Assembly (NCBI GenBank): GCA_963555815.3
Contig: CAUVWX020000001.1
Location: 256,001 to 320,000 of the forward strand
Source of the DNA: a bacterium
GTDB taxonomy: Bacteria; UBA8248; JACPRG01; G963555815
Direction: 5' to 3'
DNA: 64,000 nt
Part shown: piece by piece, positions 18,586 through 26,985 of the stretch
How the letters are laid out: the number at the start of each line of letters is the position of its first letter
How positions within the stretch are numbered: the stretch's first letter is position 1
Made by a program: the position numbers and the translations under genes
The notes under the pieces: generated by a model
The model's input: the letters and a program-made list of their open reading frames with translations, nothing else
Told to the model about the DNA's origin: nothing
The model's database searches: none

Positions 18586-19782
18586 ATGCCAACGACCATC
18601 GCCCACGTGGACATGGACGCCTTCTTTGTGGCCGTCGAGCGCCTTCACGACCCCTCTCTCGTCGGGAAGCCGGTCGTCGTCGGGGGACACGCTGGAAAGG
18701 GCGTCGTGGCCGCCGCTTCTTACGAAGCGCGAAGATTCGGCGTCCATTCCGCCATGCCGATGGCCAGGGCTCTAAAACTCTGCCCCCAGGCCGTCGTCGT
18801 CTCCCGGGATCACGCCAAATACAGCGAGACCTCAGAAAAGGCCATGAGGGTCCTAGAGAAATATGCGCCCGCTGTGGAACCTGTCAGCATCGACGAAGCC
18901 TATCTGGATCTCACAGGCACAGAACGACTCCTCGGCCCCCCCCTCGCCGTCGCCCACGAGATCCGACAGGCCCTCGAGACCACACTCCAGCTCTCGGCCT
19001 CCATCGGGATCGGACAAAGCCGGGTCTCGGCCAAGATCGCCTCAGGCCTGGCAAAACCAGCGGGCATTCTCTGGGTCCTCCCGGGCCAGGATTCAAAATT
19101 TCTGGCCCCCCTCGCCGTTTCTCACATGCCGGGCATTGGGCCCAAGGCCGAGGCCCGCCTGAGATCCCTCGGCGTGCGGACCCTCGGTGACCTCGCCGCC
19201 TTCCCCCTAGAATCCCTTCGACGAAGATTTGGGGCCATCGCCCAAGAACTTCAGGAGCGGGCCCGCGGGGTGGACTCGACACCCGTCCGGGCGGCCACCG
19301 CCGGGGAGGAGGAGAGTCCGAAATCCATCGGCCGGGAGACCACCTTTGAGGAGGACACGGCGGACCGGGATTTTCTGCGGGCCATCGTGGGGCATCTGGG
19401 AGAGGACGTAGGCGAGCGGCTTCGGCGCGAGGCGCTTTTAGCAAGCACGGTGACGGTCAAGATCCGGTTCGCCGATTTCGAGACCCACACGCACGGGCGG
19501 ACCCTCCCCGAACCCACCGACCTGAATCAGGAGATCGTCTCCGCCGCCCTGGACCTTCTGGAGGAATTTCTGGAAGCCCATCCAAGGGGGATGGGACTTC
19601 GACTTTTGGGCGTGACGGTCTCAAACCTTTCGCCACCCACGTCCCAGCTGGCTCTCTTCGCTGGTCGAAGGGCACGCCTTCGACAGCTCGACAAGGGGGT
19701 GGACCGTCTTCGGGAGCGTTACGGGTTTGACAAGCTGCTCAGGGGCCGTACACTCTCCCTTCGAAAGAGGCCCGAAGCCTGA
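18586..19782 (+). CDS. dinB: DNA polymerase IV (Y family)
   Basis: HVDMDAFFVAVE, AASYEARRFGV, SIDEAYLD, AKIASGLAKP. Confidence 0.93.
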   Translation: MPTTIAHVDMDAFFVAVERLHDPSLVGKPVVVGGHAGKGVVAAASYEARRFGVHSAMPMARALKLCPQAVVVSRDHAKYSETSEKAMRVLEKYAPAVEPVSIDEAYLDLTGTERLLGPPLAVAHEIRQALETTLQLSASIGIGQSRVSAKIASGLAKPAGILWVLPGQDSKFLAPLAVSHMPGIGPKAEARLRSLGVRTLGDLAAFPLESLRRRFGAIAQELQERARGVDSTPVRAATAGEEESPKSIGRETTFEEDTADRDFLRAIVGHLGEDVGERLRREALLASTVTVKIRFADFETHTHGRTLPEPTDLNQEIVSAALDLLEEFLEAHPRGMGLRLLGVTVSNLSPPTSQLALFAGRRARLRQLDKGVDRLRERYGFDKLLRGRTLSLRKRPEA

Positions 19783-19813
19783 GGCCGGGCCCCGTCTCAG
19801 AGGAGTGTTCCGG

Positions 19814-20353
19814 ATGAAGAGAAAACGCGTTGCGATAGGAGAAGTGGCACCAAGCTTTGACCTTCCCGGCGTCGATGGAAAGAGCTGTTCCCTGGAATCC
19901 TTCAAAGGGAAAAAGGCGGTGGTCGTCATGTTCACCTGCAACCACTGCCCGACCGCTCAGGCCTACGAAGAGCGGCTCGTCGCCATCCAGCGGGACTACG
20001 CCGACAAGGGGGTCCAGCTGGTCGCCATCAACGCCAACGAGAGCGTCCATTACCCGGAGGACAATTTTGACAACATGGTCAAAAGAGCCAAGGCCAAGGG
20101 CTACAACTTTCCCTATCTTCGGGATGAGACGCAGCAGGTGGCGAAGGCTTTCGGGGCTGAATACACGCCCGAGATTTTCGTTCTGGATGAAAAGAGCAAG
20201 CTTCGCTACACAGGTCGGATCGACGACAACAGGGATTACCCCAAAAAGGTCAAATCCCACGACTTGAGAAACTCCCTCGACACCCTCCTGGAAGGAAAGG
20301 AGATCTCAAACCCGGAGACCGTCGCCTTCGGCTGCACCATTAAGTGGGCCTGA
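19814..20353 (+). CDS. Thioredoxin-fold AhpC/TSA family protein
   Basis: FTCNHCP, FPYLRDETQ, TPEIF, YTGRIDD, GCTIKW. Confidence 0.88.
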   Translation: MKRKRVAIGEVAPSFDLPGVDGKSCSLESFKGKKAVVVMFTCNHCPTAQAYEERLVAIQRDYADKGVQLVAINANESVHYPEDNFDNMVKRAKAKGYNFPYLRDETQQVAKAFGAEYTPEIFVLDEKSKLRYTGRIDDNRDYPKKVKSHDLRNSLDTLLEGKEISNPETVAFGCTIKWA

Positions 20354-20406
20354 CAGACCCGTGGCAAGATTGCCCGAAGGATCCGTTTGCATAGGAGACA
20401 GTGGCA

Positions 20407-21006
20407 ATGAGCAAAACTGAGAAAGGGATCCGGATCGTGACCATCATCGGCACCACTCGGCCCGGAAACTTCACCTCAAAGGCGATGGCCCTGGTCGTTG
20501 ATGAGTTGCGCAAGCAGCCCAACATTGCCGTCACGGAGATCGACCCCGCCTCCCTCGATCTTCCCTTCCCGGGTTAGGACAAGGATTCGTCTGGGTCGGA
20601 CAAGATAAAAAAAGCCGTCGAAGGGGCCACTGGCATCATCCTGGCCACACCCGAATACCACGGCAGCTTTTCCAGCGTGATGAAACTGGTCATCGAGAAT
20701 CTCGGCTTCCCGTCGGTCCTGTCGGGCAAACCCGTCGCCCTGCTCGGGGTGGCCGCCGGACAAATCGGCGCCATCAAATCCCTGGAACAGCTGCGGGGCG
20801 TGTGTTCTCACATCGGGGCGATTGTTTTGCCCGGGCCGGTCTCTGTGGCGAACGTGCAAGCCGTGTTCGACTCAGAAGGCCGCTGCTTGGACGACAAGGT
20901 CGAGAAGAGAGTCCGCGGTGTGGCCACCAACCTACTCGGGTACATCAAGGAGAGCATTTGTCCCAAGTTTACCCTAGAGCGCTTGGTGCGAGACACAGCG
21001 GCTTGA
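20407..21006 (+). pseudogene. NADPH-dependent FMN reductase interrupted by in-frame TAG (20575-20577)
   Basis: IIGTTRPGNFT…LPFPG*DKD…LATPEYHGSFSSVMKLVIE. No other lesion seen. Confidence 0.82.
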
Positions 21007-21072
21007 GAACGCGAAGAAGCGGCGAAGAGATCACGCTTCTGGCGTGAACGGATACATGTCTTCTGAAAAAAG

Positions 21073-21779
21073 ATGACGATGATTACGGTACGGAAATTTG
21101 AGGCCCGAGGCCACGTGAACCACGGGTAGCTTAATATCTATCATACCTTTTCTTTCGGGGGCTACTATGACCCGGAACACATGGGCTTTCGCACGCTCCG
21201 CGTGATCAACGAGGATCGCGTGAAGCCGGGCGCCGGATTCCCTACGCATGCCCATCGGGATATGGAGATCATCACCTACGTGCTGGACGGTGCGATGGAG
21301 CACAAAGACAGTATGCGCAATCATTCTGTCATCCCACGAGGAGAAGTACACTGCATGAGCGCAGGCACTGGCGTGACGCACAGCGAATATAACCACTCCC
21401 AATCGGAGCCAGTCCACTTTCTTACAAATCTAAATTATGCCTGAGTGTATGGGCGTTGAGCCATCCTACGAGCAAAAGATGTACTCGGATGAGGAAAATA
21501 GTGCAAACCTTCGGCTGATCGCATCTAAGAACGGGCGAGATGGCTCTCTCACGATCAATCAGGATGCAGACGTGTACGCTGGCTTGATCGACTCTGGTCA
21601 GGAGATCGTTCACGAACTCAAGCAGGGCCACAACGCTTGGATTCAGGTCGCACGGGGAAGACTAAAGCTCAACAATCTTGCACTGGCTGAAGGCGACGGT
21701 GCACTCGATCTGCAACGAGGCGACGCTACGGATTGTGGGCAACGATAGGGCCGAGGTGCTCGTCTTCGACCTGCCGTGA
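21073..21779 (+). pseudogene. Pirin family (YhhW-like) pseudogene
   Basis: [16 protein letters not shown] (TAG at the usual Trp), [21 protein letters not shown]; frameshift plus TAA at the usual LQIWI; a further frameshift near 21710. Confidence 0.88.
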
Positions 21780-21884
21780 CGGATGCTGAGAACGACGAGC
21801 ACGTGAGCCCTTCGACGTCTCACGTGACTTGTGCTACAAAGGCTCATCTCTGAAAAATAGCTTCGAAGATTCTTCTAATAGAGA

Positions 21885-21926
21885 AAAATCAGAAAGGGCC
21901 GTTGAAGTCGCCTCCAACAGCCCTTT
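21885..21926 (-). terminator. Hairpin plus T-rich tail next to the left att core; homologous to the tRNA-Asn terminator
   Basis: Stem aaagggccgttg / caacagcccttt followed on the - strand by a T-rich run. Confidence 0.6.
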
Positions 21927-22074
21927 TGCGAAACTGGCTCCCCATCTGATCCTTTCCTCGGAACCATTCTCTGTTTGTCAGTCGTAACTTGCTGTCTTGC
22001 TGTATTGAAAGGAGCTATCGTAATCACGCCAGCACCGCAGAGGCGGAAACCATGTCAGGACCGATTCCCGTTTT

Positions 22075-22388
22075 TCCAGTCGGATCAGCGGGCCGGAATC
22101 GCCGAGTTCGATGGCGGTCTGCCGCGACGGGAAGCCGAAGCACTGGCCTTCGCCTGCTACGTTTCCGAATGGCTGAACCGCAATCCGGTGCACTCACCTC
22201 CCGGCTGCTGTCTCGGCTGCGGTGGAAACGAACAGGCCCATGATCCGTTGCTGCCCCTTGGGACCGAAAACAGCGGTTATGCTTGGCTACACCGTCGCTG
22301 CTGGAACCAGTGGCGCGTGGGCCGGAGATCGCAGGCTGTCTCCGCGTTCGCCGAAATGGGGATCGAGGAAAGGAGCCCCCGACCATGA
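22075..22388 (+). pseudogene. 5'-truncated integrative-element/phage-satellite protein fragment
   Basis: RAGIAEFDGGLPRREAEALAF…CxxC…WLHRRCW, which I recall from integrative-element proteins; no clear start. Confidence 0.55.
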
Positions 22389-23068
22389 CCAGGAAGAAGA
22401 CTGCCAAGGGAAAGGAGCCAACGACCGTCGGCGTCAATGACCCGGAGGACTGCAAGGGCACACTCAGGAGCATCGGTGGCTCGCAGTCCGATCACTGGAA
22501 CATTACGCTCGCCAATCAGACGGTTCAGGCACTGTGGCTCAACAACTCGGACGCTGCCGAGCGCGACCGGCAGCTGATCGCCGCCGTCGCTGCGCTGGTC
22601 GGCATCGCGCCGAAGGACGAACTCGAAAGCATGATGACGGCGCAACTGATCGCCGCCCATAACGCCGTGATGGAATGCTACCGCCGCGCCATGATCGGCG
22701 AGCAGACCTTCGAAGGGCGGCGCGAAAGCCTCAATCAGGCGAACAAGCTCTCCCGCACTTGGGCGACGCTTCTCGACGCACTCAACAAGCATCGCGGTAA
22801 GGGCCAGCAGAAGGTGACGGTCGAGCATGTCCACGTCCATGCCGGCGGGCAGGCCGTGGTCTGAAACGTCGATAGACCGGGGGGTGGGGGTGGCGGCAAA
22901 TCGGAGGAACAACCCCTTGCAAAGAGAAACGTCCAAGCCATTGCCCATGCACCTGAGCCCCCGATGTGGAGCCAAGACCCGGAACGGGACGCCGTGCCGG
23001 TCACCCGCGATGTTGAATGGCCGTTGCCGAATGCACGGGGGCAAGTCTCCCGGCGCCCCGATCGGTAA
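22385..23068 (+). pseudogene. Conserved integrative-element protein (QQKVTVEHVHV motif), interrupted by TGA at 22862
   Basis: IAPKDELESMMTAQLIAAH…RGKGQQKVTVEHVHVHAGGQAVV*NV; the frame stays open to TAA 23068. Confidence 0.65.
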
Positions 23069-23186
23069 CGCCAATGCCCGAAAGCACGGCCGCTATACGG
23101 CGGACGCCATTGCGGAGCGGCGGGAACTAGCAGCACTCATTCGTTCCATGCGCGGGCTTGTGGAGGAAGTGGGCGGGCCGGACTGA
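22947..23186 (+). CDS. HGGxSTG-motif protein (possibly small-terminase-like)
   Basis: RCGAKTRNGTPCRSPAMLNGRCRMHGGKSPGAPIGNANARKHG. Confidence 0.8.
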   Translation: MHLSPRCGAKTRNGTPCRSPAMLNGRCRMHGGKSPGAPIGNANARKHGRYTADAIAERRELAALIRSMRGLVEEVGGPD

Positions 23187-23264
23187 GGCCGGAGATGGTG
23201 CCAACGGTTCCTTCCGGCTCGATCTGTACGTGGGAAGCGCAAGACCTGTTGTCGCCTAAACTCA

Positions 23265-23559
23265 ACTGTATACATCGAACCCGGTAGTCCCTGGGAGAAT
23301 GGGTATTGTGAGAGTTTCAATGGGAAGCTGAGAGACGAATGCCTGAATGGTGAGATCTTCTATTCGTTAAAGGAAACCCAGATTGTGATTGAGCCATGGC
23401 GGGAGGAAGATAACACCCGGAGGCCGCACTCGACGTTGAATTATAGACCCCCGGCGGTAGAGGTCTACAATCCATTCCTTCCCCCAACACCGGTTTCACA
23501 GCCTCAGGCTGTCATGTAAACTCTCTCCCAAATAGTGGTACAAAAACTCGCTTTGGTCA
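23265..23559 (+). mobile_element. IS3-family transposase 3' remnant with probable right end
   Basis: [35 protein letters not shown]…[11 protein letters not shown], stop at 23519, then …TGGTACAAAAACTCGCTTTGGTCA. Confidence 0.85.
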
Positions 23560-23748
23560 ATCTGCTGCCGGATCCTGTCCATTAAGCTGAGCGAGGTCTC
23601 GACGGTCTTTACCCTCGTCCAGGCCTCGCCGCTGTTCGTGGTGCTCATCTCGGCGGTGTTCCCCCTGGAACTCGAGCGGGGGACGCCGAGGGTGGTTCGG
23701 GGGGCGGTGCTGACAGTCGGGGGTGGCATAATGGCCGGCGCTTTTTGA
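23560..23748 (+). pseudogene. EamA/DMT transporter C-terminal fragment
   Basis: EVSTVFTLVQASPLFVVLISAVF…GAVLTVGGG immediately after the IS end. Confidence 0.55.
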
Positions 23749-23790
23749 CCGGACGCGGCCCATCGCGTGACGCAGCCGGCGCAATATCAG

Positions 23791-23830
23791 GCAGGACACC
23801 GTTGGGCGATGCAGGACACCGTTGGGCGAT
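23791..23830. repeat. Perfect 20-bp tandem duplication
   Basis: GCAGGACACCGTTGGGCGAT occurs twice in tandem upstream of res. Confidence 0.9.
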
Positions 23831-23880
23831 GACGGTTCGGTCGGAAGGCTTGAAGGGGCGTTGGGCTGTATACTGCAAAG

Positions 23881-26800
23881 ATGAATAAATTGCTCAGGGA
23901 GCGTATCAGCTTGACGAATCCATTCTTCGAACAGCCTGTCCTCAACTCGCCTTACGAGTGCCCGAGTCGGCACTGGGAACTGGATGAGGCCGGGCAGCCG
24001 ACCCAGAAGATCATCGAATCCCGAAGGCAGGCCGAATTCATCATGGCGGTCCCGAAGGCGAAGAAACGAAAGGGATCCTCCGCGGATCAGGCCCCTCTCG
24101 TGTTCGACGAAGGGAAGGGCCTTTCGACCCAGAAGCAGCAGTACGAGCACACGGCGATCATCAACGGGGTTCGCCAGCAGGTCGACCGGTGGCGAAGCAT
24201 ACCAGACCCGAGCCAGTGGCAGGTGACCCCGGAGACGGCCCGCCTGCTCCAGCACTGGCGGCACCACCGGTTCAGCGGCATTCGGCCCTTCTTCTGCCAA
24301 GTCGAGGCGGTAGAGACCGCCATCTGGCTCATCGAGGTGGCGCCGCGCACGGGCCGGGTCGGCAAGGATTTCCTCGACCATCTGGCGAACGCCAACAACG
24401 ACGCCAACCCGGACCTCCCCCGGCTGGCGCTCAAGTTGGCGACCGGCGCCGGAAAGACCACCGTCATGGCGATGCTGATCGCCTGGCAGACCGTCAACGC
24501 GGTCCGCCGGCCTCAGGGCAGCAGATTCACGCGCGGCTTCCTGGTGGTCACGCCCGGCATCACCATCAAGGACCGCCTGCGCGTGCTGCAGCCGAACGAT
24601 CCGGACAGCTACTACCGAAGCCGCGAGCTGGTCCCGAGCGACATGCTCCCCGATCTGGAAAAGGCGAAGATCGTCATCACCAACTACCACGCCTTCAAGC
24701 TGCGCGAGCGCCTGGAGCTCTCCAAGGGCGGCCGTTCCTTGCTCCAGGGACGAGGCGAGGCGCTCACGACCCTGGAGACCGAGGGACAAATGCTACAACG
24801 GGTCATGCCCGAGCTCATGGGCGTGAAGAACGTCCTGGTCCTCAACGATGAGGCGCACCACTGCTACCGGGAGAAGCCGGGCGAGGAGGAGGAAAGCGAA
24901 CTCAAAGGCGACGACAGGAAGGAAGCCGAAAAGAACAGAGAAGCCGCCCGGCTGTGGATTTCGGGGATCGAAACCGTTGTCAGAAAGCTTGGGGTCAGCC
25001 GGGTGATGGATCTCTCCGCGACGCCTTTCTTTCTGCGCGGGTCTGACTACGCCGAAGGCACGTTGTTCCACTGGACGATGTGCGACTTCTCGCTCATGGA
25101 CGCCATCGAATGCGGCATCGTCAAGCTGCCCCGCGTGCCGGTGGCCGACAACATCCCCGGCGGCGATATGCCCAAGTTCCGAAATCTCTGGGAGCACATC
25201 CGCGCCGACATGCCGAAGAAGGGGCGGGGCAAGGCAGATCACCTCGATCCCCTCAGCCTGCCCGTGGAGCTCCAGACCGCCCTGGAGGCCCTCTACGGCC
25301 ACTACGCCAAGACCTTCAATCTCATGAAGGAGGCGGGCATTAACGTGCCGCCGTGCTTCATCGTGGTCTGCAACAACACGTCGACCTCCAAGCTGGTCTA
25401 CGACTTTATCTCCGGCTTCCACCGCGAGAACGACGATGGCTCGACGACGCTCGAAAACGGGCGCTTCGAACTGTTCCGCAACTTCGACGAGCATGGCAAC
25501 CCGTACCCGCGGCCCCGCACGCTGTTGATCGACAGCGAGCAACTGGAGTCCGGCAACGCGCTGGACAAGGACTTCCGCAACATGGCCGCGGACGAGATCA
25601 AACGCTTTCGGCGAGAGATCGTCGAACGCACCGGCGACCCCCGCCAGGCCGAGAACATCAGCGACCCGGCTCTGCTCCGCGAGGTCATGAACACCGTAGG
25701 CAAGCCGGGTCGGCTGGGGGATTCGATTCGCTGCGTGGTGTCGGTGTCGATGCTCACCGAAGGGTGGGATGCGAACACCGTCAGCCACGTGCTGGGCGTT
25801 CGCGCCTTCGGCACACAGTTGCTCTGCGAGCAGGTCATCGGCCGCGCGCTGCGCCGGCAATCCTACGATCTCAATAAAGACGGCTTGTTCGACGTTGAGT
25901 ACGCGGACGTATTGGGAATACCGTTCGACTTTACGGCGAAGCCCGTCGTGGTCACCCCGAAGCCGCCGCGAGAGACCGTTCAGGTGAGGGCCGTGCGGCC
26001 CGAAAGAGACGCGCTCGAGATCCGTTTCCCGCGGGTAGCCGGGTATCGAGTGGAATTGCCCGAAGAGCGGCTCAGGGCCGAGTTCAACGATGACTCGGTG
26101 CTGGAACTCACGCCGGATCTGGTCGGTCCGTCGATTACGACGAACCAGGGGATCATCGGCGAGGGCGTGGACCTCAATCTGGTTCATACCGGAGACCTCC
26201 GGCCCTCGACCCTTCTGTTTCATCTCACCCAGCGGCTGCTCTACACGAAGTGGCGCGACCCGGGCGAAGATCCCAGGCTCCATCTCTTCGGTCAACTCAA
26301 GCGCGTCACAAAGCAGTGGCTCGATCGCTGCCTTGTCTGCAAGGGCGGCACCTACCCCGCCCAGCTCATGTACCAGGAACTGGCCGACATGGCCTGCGAG
26401 CGCATCACGGCCGCCATCACGCGGGCGGAAATCGGCAGCCGCCCCGTCAAGGCCGTGCTCGATCCCTACAATCCCGTCGGCTCCACGGCCCACGTCAACT
26501 TCAACACCTCCAAGACGAGCCGCTACGAAACGGACGCCCGCCGTTGCCACATCAACTGGGTCATCCTCGACAGCGACTAGGAAGCGGAGTTTTGCCGCGT
26601 GGCCGAGTCCCATCCTCGCGTCAAGGCGTACGTCAAGAACCGCAATCTCGGCTTCGAGGTGCCCTACCGCTACGGGTCCGAAACGCGGACCTACATCCCG
26701 GACTTCATCGTTCTCGTCGACGACGGCCACGGCGACGACGACCTCCTGCACCTCGTCGTCGAGATCAAGGGCTATCGAAGAGAGGACGCCAAAGAGAAGA

Positions 26801-26973
26801 AGGCCGCCATGGACACCTACTGGGTGCCCGGCGTGAACAATCACGGCCTTTACGGCCGCTGGGCCTTTGCCGAGTTCACGGATGTCTACGAGATCCAGTC
26901 GGACTTCGAGGCCAAAGTGGAAAACGAGTTCAACGAGATGATCGGCTCCGTGACGGCCAAGTCGACCGTCTAG
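23881..26973 (+). pseudogene. Type III-like restriction endonuclease/helicase (BPTD_3080-like), split by one in-frame TAG at 26578-26580
   Basis: KLATGAGKT, NDEAHH, SATP, MLTEGWD, EQVIGRALRR; then ILDSD*EAEFCRVAESHP in the same frame and YIPDFIV…VEIKG nuclease motif. Confidence 0.88.
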
Positions 26974-26985
26974 AAGGGAGCAGGC

